In this document: one piece after another, positions 21,086 through 30,843 of the stretch
Layout: the number at the start of each line of letters is the position of its first letter
Position numbering within the stretch: the stretch's first letter is position 1
DNA from: an uncultured Pelagibacteraceae bacterium
GTDB taxonomy: Bacteria > Pseudomonadota > Alphaproteobacteria > Pelagibacterales > Pelagibacteraceae
Assembly (NCBI GenBank): GCA_902621345.1
Contig: CACNLV010000002.1
Coordinates: 32,320-96,319, forward strand
Length of the DNA stretch: 64,000 bases
Reading direction: 5' to 3'
Notes under the pieces: model-generated
What the model was told of the DNA's origin: nothing
Seen by the model: only the letters and a program-made list of their open reading frames with translations
Databases searched by the model: none
Made by a program: the position numbers and the translations under genes

Positions 21086-21577
21086 ATGAGTTGGACTGAG
21101 GAAAAAGTAAATAAATTGAGAGAACTTTGGGGGAAAGGAAACACTGCGAGCCAAATAGCTGAGATAATCGGCGGTATTACTCGAAATGCTGTTATTGGAA
21201 AAGCGCACAGACTTAACCTCTCAGCAAAAATCAAAACTAGAACAGTACCATCAAATGAAAGTTACAATAATATATCAGAAAAAAACAACAAGATTAAAAG
21301 AGGACGAAGAAGTAAATTTAAATCATTAATTATTGAAAAAGATTTTGAACCTGAAAATCCAAAACAACTTGAAGAGCTTGATGAAAATTCTTGTAAATGG
21401 CCAATTGGTCATCCGAATGAAAAATCATTTTATTTTTGTGGAAGAACATCATTAAAAGATTTTTCTTATTGTAAGCTTCATTTGCTCTACGCTTATCAAC
21501 CAAAAGGAAAAAAAGAAGAGGCAATTGAAAAGGATGAAATTCCAGAATTTATTGGAAAAAAAATAAAATCTGCATAG
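21086..21577 (+). CDS. gcrA: GcrA cell-cycle regulator
   Basis: MSWTEEKV..L..LW..G.TASQIA...GG.TRNAVIGKAHRL N-terminus, and the C-terminal CKWPIG...FCG motif typical of GcrA. Confidence 0.88.
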   Translation: MSWTEEKVNKLRELWGKGNTASQIAEIIGGITRNAVIGKAHRLNLSAKIKTRTVPSNESYNNISEKNNKIKRGRRSKFKSLIIEKDFEPENPKQLEELDENSCKWPIGHPNEKSFYFCGRTSLKDFSYCKLHLLYAYQPKGKKEEAIEKDEIPEFIGKKIKSA

Positions 21578-21583
21578 TGAAAT

Positions 21584-22552
21584 TTAATTTACATTATCTT
21601 TTTTCTTTGAATATTCTCCACCTTCTCTCCACATGTAAGAGTATTTTTCAACTTCGTCACTAAAAATTTTTTTTGCAGGTACGCCAATGTCAAAATTAGT
21701 TTTGTATTTGCCAGAAACAACGTTATCATACTTAAGCAACTTGAGCTGATCGACAGTTAACAGAGGTTTTGGCAATAATTGAAAAAATCTTGCTGTCATC
21801 ATTGCTAAAGGAAGTGGGAATGGCACTAGAAGCCTTTTTTTATTTATCGAATTAAGTAAAATGTTTAAAATTTCTTTAAAAGTCAAAACCTCAGGCCCTA
21901 TACACTCAATAACATTTGCATTAACTTTTTTCGAAATTACAAAATGAATAATATCAGTTAAATCTGAGCAATGAATAGGAGTAAATTTTGTTTTACCATA
22001 ATAGTATAATGGGAATATCGGTAACCTACTTAATAATGTCATTAAATTGCAACTAAAATTATCTGAAGAGGAATAAACTATTGACGGTCTTAAAATTGTC
22101 GTGTTAGAAAAAATTTTTAAAATATCTTGTTCGCCATTTAATTTACTTTGAGCATACTTAGAATCTAATGCTTCATTAATACCCAATGCCGAGACATGAA
22201 TAAATTGTTTTAGTTTATATTCCTTGCAAAGTTTAGCCAAAAGTGATGGGAAGACTGAATGAATATTTTTAAACGTGTTTCCATTTTTTTTTTCAAATAA
22301 AATTCCTATAAGATTAATACAAATTTCAGCTGACTCGAAAAGTTTTCTTATTTTATATTCATCAAAAACACTACATTCCTTTATATCAATATAACCCGCA
22401 TTACCTTGGGTTTTAATTATATGACCTTTTTGATGAATATTTCTTGTAACTACAGTGACAATATAGTTATTTTTAGTTAACTTTCTTAAAAGATAGGTAC
22501 CGATTTGACCAGTGCCTCCCCATATTAAAATTTTTTTCATATTTTCAATCAA
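21584..22552 (-). CDS. NAD(P)-binding epimerase-like protein, complex I NDUFA9-subunit family
   Basis: Rossmann motif GGTGQIG and about 320 aa of SDR-extended architecture, as in alphaproteobacterial NDUFA9-like proteins. Confidence 0.7.
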   Translation of the reverse strand: MIENMKKILIWGGTGQIGTYLLRKLTKNNYIVTVVTRNIHQKGHIIKTQGNAGYIDIKECSVFDEYKIRKLFESAEICINLIGILFEKKNGNTFKNIHSVFPSLLAKLCKEYKLKQFIHVSALGINEALDSKYAQSKLNGEQDILKIFSNTTILRPSIVYSSSDNFSCNLMTLLSRLPIFPLYYYGKTKFTPIHCSDLTDIIHFVISKKVNANVIECIGPEVLTFKEILNILLNSINKKRLLVPFPLPLAMMTARFFQLLPKPLLTVDQLKLLKYDNVVSGKYKTNFDIGVPAKKIFSDEVEKYSYMWREGGEYSKKKDNVN

Positions 22553-22593
22553 AAAATAGACATTATTATTTAGTCTTATATATATAAATATAT

Positions 22594-23211
22594 ATGAGTA
22601 ATATCAAAGTTTTTGAAAAGGATTTACCGGAAGATTTAGATTTATCAAATGAAAAATTCATTGGTTTAGATAATGAAGCTCTGGGTTTAGTGCTTGGTAG
22701 AGATCCCCTAACTTTAGTTCAATTAGGTCTAGAATCAAAAAATTTTTATTTGATAAAACTAAATAGAGATACTTATCATGCTCCAAATTTGGTTAAAGCA
22801 CTATCCAATACAAATACTCAATATATCATGCATTATGCTAGACAGGACTTGTTGTGGTTAAAATATCACCTAAATGTTGAACCAAAAAATATTTTCTGCA
22901 CGAAAGTTGCATCAAAAATTGCAAGAACCGCTAGCTCATACCACGGCTATAAAGATCTTGTCAAAGAATTGTGTGGAAAAGATATTTCAAAAAAAGAACA
23001 ACAAAGTGATTGGGGTGATCCAAATCTATCAGAGAAACAAATTAAATATGCTGCTTCTGATACTGAGCATTTATTCGAAATAAGAAATAAATTGACTAAA
23101 ATGTTACAAAGAGAGAAAAGGATAGATTTATTTAATAAATCTATGGAAGTGATACCTACTTTAGTTGATATGGAAATAGCAGGATACAAACTGTCAACTT
23201 TTGAACATTAA
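22594..23211 (+). CDS. Short RNase D-like 3'-5' exonuclease (DEDDy)
   Basis: Exo motifs GLDNEA, HYARQDLLWL and YAASDTEHL. Length is about 205 aa, like the short alphaproteobacterial rnd genes. Confidence 0.75.
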   Translation: MSNIKVFEKDLPEDLDLSNEKFIGLDNEALGLVLGRDPLTLVQLGLESKNFYLIKLNRDTYHAPNLVKALSNTNTQYIMHYARQDLLWLKYHLNVEPKNIFCTKVASKIARTASSYHGYKDLVKELCGKDISKKEQQSDWGDPNLSEKQIKYAASDTEHLFEIRNKLTKMLQREKRIDLFNKSMEVIPTLVDMEIAGYKLSTFEH

Positions 23212-23213
23212 CA

Positions 23214-24179
23214 ATGAAAAAAAATTTTATCAAAACTGCAAAAGATGTGATAAATTTGGAAATTTCTGGATTAATCAAACTAAAAAAAAGTTTGAATAGT
23301 TCATTTAATCAGGCTGTAAAAGAAATTGCAAAGTGCCAATCTAAAGTAATCCTTTGTGGTGTTGGAAAAAGCGGTTTAATCGCAAATAAAATAGCAGCAA
23401 CATTTTCTTCTGTTGGAACTCCAGCTTTTTTTTTGTCAGCAAGTAATTCATCTCACGGGGATCTTGGGAGTATCACAAAAAAAGACATTTTAATTTTGAT
23501 AAGTTATTCTGGTGATACTAATGAATTAAAAAATATTATTCAGTATGCGAACAGAAATAAAGTTTTATTAATTGGTGTTATGTCAAAAAAGGACTCGATT
23601 TTACATAATGCTTCGGATATTAAGTTGTTGACACCTCAAGTCAAAGAGTCTGGTGGAATTGTACCAACCTCAAGTACTTCAGTCCAATTAGCACTTGGTG
23701 ATGCTTTGGCTATATCGGTAATGAAACAAAAAAAATTTAATAAACTTGATTTTAAAAAACTACATCCTGCGGGCGCATTAGGAGCAAAATTAAAAACTGT
23801 AGAAGATATAATGTTGACCGGAAAAAAAATACCATTTGTTAATGAGAATTTAAAAATGGATGCAGCTTTAAAAATATTAAGTAATAAGAAACTTGGAATA
23901 TTAATTGTACAAAACAAAAAAAAACAAACAACAGGAATAGTTACCGATGGTCAAATTAGACGATTTAATCAAGAAAACCCAAATTTACTGGACACTAATG
24001 TTAATAAAGTTATGACCAAAAATCCAATTAGTGTTGAAAAAAACGATTTAGCTGCAAAAGCTTTATCTATAATGAATAATAAGAAAATTACATCTTTATG
24101 TGTTTTTGATAAAAAGAACAAGAATAAGACAATTGGTGTGCTCCATGTACACACAATATTACAATCAAATATATCCTAG
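23214..24179 (+). CDS. kdsD: Arabinose-5-phosphate isomerase (KpsF/KdsD, SIS + tandem CBS)
   Basis: SIS domain (GVGKSG, SYSGDT), then two CBS repeats. Confidence 0.92.
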   Translation: MKKNFIKTAKDVINLEISGLIKLKKSLNSSFNQAVKEIAKCQSKVILCGVGKSGLIANKIAATFSSVGTPAFFLSASNSSHGDLGSITKKDILILISYSGDTNELKNIIQYANRNKVLLIGVMSKKDSILHNASDIKLLTPQVKESGGIVPTSSTSVQLALGDALAISVMKQKKFNKLDFKKLHPAGALGAKLKTVEDIMLTGKKIPFVNENLKMDAALKILSNKKLGILIVQNKKKQTTGIVTDGQIRRFNQENPNLLDTNVNKVMTKNPISVEKNDLAAKALSIMNNKKITSLCVFDKKNKNKTIGVLHVHTILQSNIS

Positions 24180-24752
24180 ATGACAAATAATTTGGTAGTA
24201 AAAACATTATTTGGACTATCGACCTTAATTATAATTTTTTTTTTTGGCTATAAGTTTCTTAAAGAAGAAAAAAAAAATTCTTTAGAAAAAAAGACGATTG
24301 TTGAAGATATAGATACATCCTCAAACATAATAAAAGATGTAAATTATAGATCAAAAGATGAAAAGGGGAATGAATATATTTTGTATGCAAAGGAAGGACA
24401 AATTGATTTAAATAATAATAAGATAATATTTCTCACTAACGTTAAAGCAAGCATAAGTATGAATAATGGAGAAATCATAAATATTCAATCTGATTACGGA
24501 AAGTATAATACTAATAATTATGATACTATCTTTTCTAAAAATATTTTAATTGTTTACGCAGATAATAAAATTAAAGGAAATTATGTGGATTTTTCTTTTG
24601 ATAAAAATTTACTGATAATTTCAAAAAATGTCGTTTTTTCCAGTCAAAAAAGTTTGCTTAATGCTGATGTAGTTGAAATTGATATTACAACCAAAGATAT
24701 AAAAATTTTTATGTACGAAAAAGAGAAAAAAGTTAAAATACAATCAAATTAA
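24180..24752 (+). CDS. lptC: LptC-like LPS export protein (TM-anchored OstA-fold)
   Basis: An N-terminal TM helix followed by a beta-rich Asn/Lys region. Lies between kdsD and lptB, the canonical lptC position. Confidence 0.6.
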   Translation: MTNNLVVKTLFGLSTLIIIFFFGYKFLKEEKKNSLEKKTIVEDIDTSSNIIKDVNYRSKDEKGNEYILYAKEGQIDLNNNKIIFLTNVKASISMNNGEIINIQSDYGKYNTNNYDTIFSKNILIVYADNKIKGNYVDFSFDKNLLIISKNVVFSSQKSLLNADVVEIDITTKDIKIFMYEKEKKVKIQSN

Positions 24753-24757
24753 AAATT

Positions 24758-25534
24758 ATGGGAATAATCAAAAAATTTAGGATTAAGTCATTTAAGAGCA
24801 CAAACACAATTATTGAATTTAAGAATATTTCGTTATCATACGGAAATAGACTTATATTAGATAATATTGACTTTAAAATAAATGAAGGACAAATTTTTGG
24901 AATGTTGGGACCTAATGGGGTTGGAAAATCCACTATTTTTAATCTTATTACTGGATTAATATCTCCAAAATTTGGTAAAATATTTATTAACGGTAATGAT
25001 GCTACAAATTTTCCAATCTATTTAAGGACAAAACAATTTAAAGTTGGCTATGTTCCTCAGTATGGTGGTTATTTTAACGATTTGACTTTACATGATAATT
25101 TAAAAGCAATTAGTGAAATAATAATTACAGATAAAAACCTTAGACCTCAAAGAATAAATTATGTTATCTCAAAATTTGAGTTGGATAGCTTAAAAGATAT
25201 AAAAGCTAAATATCTTTCTGGTGGCCAAAAAAGAAAATTAGTTCTTGCATTAGCCTTGTTAAGTGAACCAAAAGTTCTTCTTTTGGACGAACCATTTGCT
25301 GCTTTAGACGTATTAACGATAAAAATGCTTCAAGAAATTATTGTAAACTTGCAACAAGAAAGTCGTATTACTATTTGTATATGTGATCATCAAGCCAGAG
25401 ATCTTCTTGCATGTGTTGATGTAGCAATGATTTTAAGCAATTGTAAAATTATTGCCCAAGACACGCCTTCAAATTTAGTTAAAAATATTAATGCTCAAAA
25501 TGCATATTTTGGTGATAGTTTTAAAATAAACTAA
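24758..25534 (+). CDS. lptB: LPS export ABC transporter ATP-binding protein
   Basis: Walker A GPNGVGKST, signature LSGGQKRK and Walker B LLLDEP. Synteny with kdsD-lptC. Confidence 0.9.
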   Translation: MGIIKKFRIKSFKSTNTIIEFKNISLSYGNRLILDNIDFKINEGQIFGMLGPNGVGKSTIFNLITGLISPKFGKIFINGNDATNFPIYLRTKQFKVGYVPQYGGYFNDLTLHDNLKAISEIIITDKNLRPQRINYVISKFELDSLKDIKAKYLSGGQKRKLVLALALLSEPKVLLLDEPFAALDVLTIKMLQEIIVNLQQESRITICICDHQARDLLACVDVAMILSNCKIIAQDTPSNLVKNINAQNAYFGDSFKIN

Positions 25535-25539
25535 TCATT

Positions 25540-26862
25540 ATGCCCAATCATATTATAATTAAAAAAAAAATCGCTAACTTTAAGAAAAAAATTTTTATAA
25601 GTGGCGATAAAAGTATAAGTATTAGATGGGTTCTCTTTGCTTCAATAGCCTCAGGTGTTTCAAAGGCTAAAAATCTGTTGATATCAGAGGATGTGCTTTC
25701 AGCAATTAATATAATTAAAAAATTCGGTATAAAAGTTGTTAGAAAAGAAGGTTTCTTAAAAATTTTTGGAAAAGGTATCAATGGATATAATTACAAAAAA
25801 AAAACTATAATAAATGCTGGAAATTCAGCAACTTTGGGTAGATTAATTCTCGGCATGATAATCAACTCCACCAAAACTATTAAGTTAATTGGAGATAAAA
25901 GTTTATCAAGAAGAGATTTTGAAAGAGTAACTTCTCCTTTATCAAAATTTGGAGCAAAATTTAAATTAAAAAAAAATTTCACTTTGCCACTCACGATTCG
26001 AGGATCAAAAATATTAAAACCTATTAGATATAACGAAAAGAGAGGTTCAGCCCAATGTAAAAGCGCAGTTATGCTTGCTGCAATGAGAGCCAATGGAACA
26101 ACTTATATAAAAGCAAAAAAAAGCCGAGACCATACAGAAAAAATGATGAAAAATCTAAGCCTACCTTTAAGAGTGACTAGTAAGAAAAATTATGATTTAA
26201 TTCAAGTTAAAAAAGTAAAAAAAGTTAGAACATTGAACTATAATATTCCTTCTGATATTAGTTCAAGCGCTTTTTTTATTGTTCTTACCGCTCTCTTAAA
26301 TAGTTCTGAACTTGTTATAAAAAATGTAAATGTTAATCCATCTAGGATTGGCATTATTACTATTTTAAAAAAGATGGGAGTAAATATAGGATTTAAAAAT
26401 AAAAAGATTTATAAAGGTGAAAAAATTGCAGATATAAAAATTAAGAGTTCTAAATCAATTAAGCCAATAAATTGTCCCTCTGAATTAAATGCAAGTGCTA
26501 TTGATGAATTTTTAGTAATTTTTTTGGTTGCAGCAAAAGCGAATGGAATTTCTTATTTTAGAGGTTTAGCTGAATTAAATAAAAAAGAGAGCCCAAGATT
26601 AAAATGGGGCTCTAAAATCTTAAATAAGATAGGTGTTAAAAATATTGTAACTAAAAATTCCATTAAAATTTTTGGTAATCCAAACCTAAAAGTTAATAAA
26701 AAAATAGTTATTAAAGATTATCTTAAAGATCACAGAGTATTTATGACTAGTGTAATAGCCGCTTTATCTTTTGGTGGAATCTGGAAGATAGATGATTATA
26801 GAGCTATAAGAACCTCATTTCCTAATTTTTTAAAAGTAATAAATGAATTAAAAAGAAAATGA
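25540..26862 (+). CDS. aroA: 3-phosphoshikimate 1-carboxyvinyltransferase (EPSP synthase)
   Basis: SGDKSISIR N-terminal motif, 440 aa, and aroA-cmk-rpsA synteny. Confidence 0.92.
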   Translation: MPNHIIIKKKIANFKKKIFISGDKSISIRWVLFASIASGVSKAKNLLISEDVLSAINIIKKFGIKVVRKEGFLKIFGKGINGYNYKKKTIINAGNSATLGRLILGMIINSTKTIKLIGDKSLSRRDFERVTSPLSKFGAKFKLKKNFTLPLTIRGSKILKPIRYNEKRGSAQCKSAVMLAAMRANGTTYIKAKKSRDHTEKMMKNLSLPLRVTSKKNYDLIQVKKVKKVRTLNYNIPSDISSSAFFIVLTALLNSSELVIKNVNVNPSRIGIITILKKMGVNIGFKNKKIYKGEKIADIKIKSSKSIKPINCPSELNASAIDEFLVIFLVAAKANGISYFRGLAELNKKESPRLKWGSKILNKIGVKNIVTKNSIKIFGNPNLKVNKKIVIKDYLKDHRVFMTSVIAALSFGGIWKIDDYRAIRTSFPNFLKVINELKRK

Positions 26863-27527
26863 AAAAAAGAAAAAAAATAATTAAAATAGCTATTGACTCA
26901 CCAGCTGCTGCAGGTGCGGGGACGCAGGCAAAACTAATTTCTAGACATTATAACTTATTACATCTTGATACAGGACGATGTTACAGATATGTTGCCAACT
27001 TAAAGATTTCGAACCCCTTAAACTATAATTTTAACTATATAAAACAAAAAATTAAAAAATTAAAAATTAAAGACTTACAAAATAAAAAACTTTTGACCGA
27101 TAAAGTTGCAACTGAGGCATCAATCATAGCTAAGAATAAAAAGATAAGAAAATTAGTTCATTCTTTTCAATTGAATTGTGCCTATAACCCTCCACTTAAA
27201 TATAATGGATCTTGTCTAGATGGAAGAGATATTACCTATAAAATTATACCTGACGCAGAGTTTAAATTTTTTATAACAGCTAATATTAAAACTAGGGCAC
27301 AGAGACGATATAAAGAATTAAAACATTTAAATAAAAATATTGATTATAAAAATGTGCTAAAAAGCATCAAAAAACGTGATAAAAATGACTATTCTCGTAA
27401 AATATCCCCTCTTAAGAAAACAAAAGATTCTGTATTGATTAACACTACAAATTTATCTAAAAGAGCCTGCTTTTTAAAAATAAAAAAAATTATAGATAGA
27501 AAATTAAAAATTAATGGAAATTTATAA
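26859..27527 (+). CDS. cmk: Cytidylate kinase
   Basis: IAIDSPAAAGAGT P-loop variant, LDTG, and GRDI motifs. Start overlaps the aroA stop (ATGA). Confidence 0.88.
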   Translation: MKKRKKIIKIAIDSPAAAGAGTQAKLISRHYNLLHLDTGRCYRYVANLKISNPLNYNFNYIKQKIKKLKIKDLQNKKLLTDKVATEASIIAKNKKIRKLVHSFQLNCAYNPPLKYNGSCLDGRDITYKIIPDAEFKFFITANIKTRAQRRYKELKHLNKNIDYKNVLKSIKKRDKNDYSRKISPLKKTKDSVLINTTNLSKRACFLKIKKIIDRKLKINGNL

Positions 27528-29244
27528 AGATTTAAACAACCCAGAAAACCAACAATTCGAGCAACTGTTAAATAGTCAACTATCAAAGATAAAAATTGAA
27601 GAGGGCAAAATAATAGAAGGTAAAGTTAATAAAATAACAGAAAAATATGTTTTCCTGCATGTAGATGGCCTTAAATCTGAACCTGTACTAGATATTAATG
27701 AGCTAAAGACTATGGGTTTAAGTGAAAAAATTAAAATTGGGGAAAAAATATCAGTCTTATTAGAAAAACTTGAGGATAAAATGGGTGAAGTTGTAGTGTC
27801 AGCAAGTAAAGCTCAAAAAATTAAAGGGTGGGATAAATTAGTTGAAGCTTATGAAAAAAAAGAACCAATAATGGGTAAAATCACATCTAAATGTAAAGGA
27901 GGCTGTATAGTTGAACACATAGATACTGGATCATTAATGTTTTTACCTGGCTCGCAAATAAGTGATAAACCTCTAAAAGATATTAGCCATCTCATGCACG
28001 AACCACAAAAGTTTGCGTTGATTAAATTAGATAAATTAAGAGGAAATGCTTGTGTTTCTAGAAGGGAAATTATCTCATCTTTTAAAAAAGAAGATAAAGC
28101 AAAGATCGTCGATAAATACAAAGTTGGAGACATTATTAAAGCAGCTGAAGTGAAAGGCTATAGTTCTTTTGGATGTTTTTTCAATGTTAATGGCGAATTA
28201 GATGTACTTGTCCATCTTCAGGAAATAAGCTATAGCAGAGTCAATCATCCTGATGAAGTATTTAATATTGGTGAAAAACATGATCTAAAAGTAATTTCAG
28301 TTGATAAAGAAAAGTTACAAGTAGGTTGTTCAGTTAAACAAATGTCGCCTGATCCCTTTGAACAAATTGACAATTATAAATTAAATAACACATATAAATT
28401 TGTCGTGAAGAAACTTCAAGATTTTGGGGCTTTCTGTGAACTTATAGAATTACCAGGGTTGACTGCATTGCTACATTCATCTGAATTAACCTGGAGTAAA
28501 AAAAATGTATCGGTAAAAAAAATGTTCAAAGTTGGTGATGAAATTGATTGTGTGATTACTGAAATAGATAAAGAGAAAAGAAGAGTTGCAATTTCCCATA
28601 GATTGACATTGGAAAATCCATTTGAAACATTTAACAAAAAATATCCAGTTGGTACTGTTGTCAATGGAGAGATAATTAATAAAAATGAATATTCTTTGTT
28701 TGTTAAAATTGAAGATATAAATGTAGATACTTTTTTACACTGTAATGATTTAACATATCTAAATAATGGAGAAGAAGAATTAGCTAAATATAAAAAAGGT
28801 GACAAAATTAAGGTAAAAGTGTTAGAAATAAAAGTTGATGAACAAAAAATTAGGGTAGGTTATAAACAAACTCAAAAAGATCCATTAGATTGGTTTCAAA
28901 ATAAGAAAAAAAATCAAACTATTACTGTAAAAATAATTTCAACAGATAACAAGGGTTTAATAGTGAGGCCAGAGGGTTGCGAAATGGACTTTGTTATTAA
29001 AAAATCTCAAATCGCAATTAATTCAGCGGATGCTAGATCGTCTAGGTTCACTGGAGGTGAAAAAGTAGACTGCGCAATTTCTGAGATTGATTTAGATAAA
29101 CGTAAAATTTCTTTGAGTATGAGGCTTTTAGAGGAAATTGAAAAAAAAGATGCTCTAGAAAAATATGGAGCAGAGGGTTCAGGGAAAAACCTACCTTTTT
29201 CATCCTTGTCTGATGACTTAAAGAAAAAGGATAAAAAAAAGTAA
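27514..29244 (+). CDS. rpsA: 30S ribosomal protein S1
   Basis: Six S1/OB repeats (recurrent G.I..G.V...........FV). Length is 576 aa. Confidence 0.95.
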   Translation: MEIYKDLNNPENQQFEQLLNSQLSKIKIEEGKIIEGKVNKITEKYVFLHVDGLKSEPVLDINELKTMGLSEKIKIGEKISVLLEKLEDKMGEVVVSASKAQKIKGWDKLVEAYEKKEPIMGKITSKCKGGCIVEHIDTGSLMFLPGSQISDKPLKDISHLMHEPQKFALIKLDKLRGNACVSRREIISSFKKEDKAKIVDKYKVGDIIKAAEVKGYSSFGCFFNVNGELDVLVHLQEISYSRVNHPDEVFNIGEKHDLKVISVDKEKLQVGCSVKQMSPDPFEQIDNYKLNNTYKFVVKKLQDFGAFCELIELPGLTALLHSSELTWSKKNVSVKKMFKVGDEIDCVITEIDKEKRRVAISHRLTLENPFETFNKKYPVGTVVNGEIINKNEYSLFVKIEDINVDTFLHCNDLTYLNNGEEELAKYKKGDKIKVKVLEIKVDEQKIRVGYKQTQKDPLDWFQNKKKNQTITVKIISTDNKGLIVRPEGCEMDFVIKKSQIAINSADARSSRFTGGEKVDCAISEIDLDKRKISLSMRLLEEIEKKDALEKYGAEGSGKNLPFSSLSDDLKKKDKKK

Positions 29245-29274
29245 TAAGTTTAATTAAAATAAAGAAGTGTTAAA

Positions 29275-29568
29275 TTGGGTCTTGTAAAGTCAAAACTTTT
29301 AAAACAAATTTCCAAAAGCTTTCCAAATTTTCTTAAAAAAGACATTGAAAAAGTGACAAGCATTATATTGTCAGAATTAAAAAAAGCTCTAAAAAGAGGA
29401 GAGAGAGTAGAAATCAGAGCCTGGGGTTCCTTAAGCACACGTTATCAAAAATCATCTATAAGAAGAAATCCTAAAACGGGTGATAAAGTTGCTGTACCCG
29501 CAAAGAGAGTAATTCATTGGAAAATGAGTAAAGAAATGTTTAAAAAGATTAACAATGAAAAAGAGTAA
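29275..29568 (+). CDS. ihfB: Integration host factor beta subunit (HU/IHF family)
   Basis: GERVEIRAWGSLS...RNPKTGDKVAVPAKRV beta-arm. TTG start in the ORF track. Lies downstream of rpsA, as in other alphaproteobacteria. Confidence 0.85.
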   Translation: MGLVKSKLLKQISKSFPNFLKKDIEKVTSIILSELKKALKRGERVEIRAWGSLSTRYQKSSIRRNPKTGDKVAVPAKRVIHWKMSKEMFKKINNEKE

Positions 29569-30229
29569 AATATTTGTTGCTTGCGATACCACAAAAATAT
29601 CAAAAATAAAAAAAATTATAAAAGATACTCAAAACAATAAATTAAAAATTGGATATAAATTGGGTTTAGAGTTTTTAAGCTCAAAAAATGGTAGAATTTT
29701 TTTATCTAAATTAAGAGATAAAATTATATTTGCAGATTTAAAACTTAATGATATTCCAAATACTTGTGCATCAACAATAAAAGCAATTAAAGATTTAAGA
29801 ATAGATTACTTAACTATACATATTAGTTCAGGATTGGATGCACTTAAAGCAGCAAAAAAAATATCCAGTAAAATAAAACTTATAGGTGTAACTGTTCTTA
29901 CGTCTTTAGATAATAAAGCATTAAAAGAAATTGGATTTAATAAAGATGTAAAAAAACTAGTTCTACATCAAGTAAAGTTAGCAAATAAAGCTAAATTAGA
30001 TGCTATAGTATGTAGTGCTCAAGAGGTAAAATTAGTAAAAAAAATTTTTAAAAAAGAAATAATCACCCCGGGAATAAGGTTTATATCAAAAAAAAATGAT
30101 CAAAAAAGAGTTTTGACACCTAAGGAAGCATATGCGAATGGAGCTGACTGGCTTGTGATAGGTAGAGACTTAACTAAAGGCAATATTAAAAAAAATACAC
30201 AAATGTTAATTGATCACTTAAGTAAATGA
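29555..30229 (+). CDS. pyrF: Orotidine 5'-phosphate decarboxylase
   Basis: ADLKLNDIPNT (DxKxxDI) motif and a GADWLVIGR C-terminal motif. Confidence 0.9.
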   Translation: MKKSKIFVACDTTKISKIKKIIKDTQNNKLKIGYKLGLEFLSSKNGRIFLSKLRDKIIFADLKLNDIPNTCASTIKAIKDLRIDYLTIHISSGLDALKAAKKISSKIKLIGVTVLTSLDNKALKEIGFNKDVKKLVLHQVKLANKAKLDAIVCSAQEVKLVKKIFKKEIITPGIRFISKKNDQKRVLTPKEAYANGADWLVIGRDLTKGNIKKNTQMLIDHLSK

Positions 30230-30843
30230 TCAAAGGTATAAAAATTTGTGGAGTTTCGGATTCTAAAACATTAAATTTTATTTTAAATCATCCCCACCCA
30301 CCAAAATTTATAGGCTTCATTACTAATTATGAAAAAAGCAAAAGATTCATTGAATTTGAAAAATTAAGAAAATTAATCAATGTTAAAAGAAAAAAGGTGA
30401 ACTTCACTTCTGTTCTAGTAAAGCCCACCGATCAAATTTTAGAAAAAATAAAAAATTTAGATTTTAATTATTACCAGCTTTACGACGTAAGTCCTAAAAG
30501 AACGAAAGAAATTAAATTAAAATACAAGATTAAAATAATTACAGCAATTACTGTGTCAAATAAAAATGATGTAAAAAAATATAAAAATTACACTGGTATT
30601 TCAGATATAATTCTATTTGACTCAAAAGGTTATCATAAGTCAGAAAGTTTTGATCATAATCTATTAAATGGGGTATCTAAAGAATTAAATAAAATGATTG
30701 CAGGAAATATTCAAATAGATGATATTCCTAGTTTCAAAAACGAAGATTTTATAATAGATCTTAGTGGAGCACTAGAGGATGAAGAAGGAAAAAAAGATAT
30801 TAATAAAATTAATAAATTGTTAAATTTATATTCAAAAATATGA
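30226..30843 (+). CDS. trpF: Phosphoribosylanthranilate isomerase
   Basis: IKICGV N-terminus, about 205 aa, immediately upstream of trpB-trpA. Confidence 0.85.
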   Translation: MIKGIKICGVSDSKTLNFILNHPHPPKFIGFITNYEKSKRFIEFEKLRKLINVKRKKVNFTSVLVKPTDQILEKIKNLDFNYYQLYDVSPKRTKEIKLKYKIKIITAITVSNKNDVKKYKNYTGISDIILFDSKGYHKSESFDHNLLNGVSKELNKMIAGNIQIDDIPSFKNEDFIIDLSGALEDEEGKKDINKINKLLNLYSKI

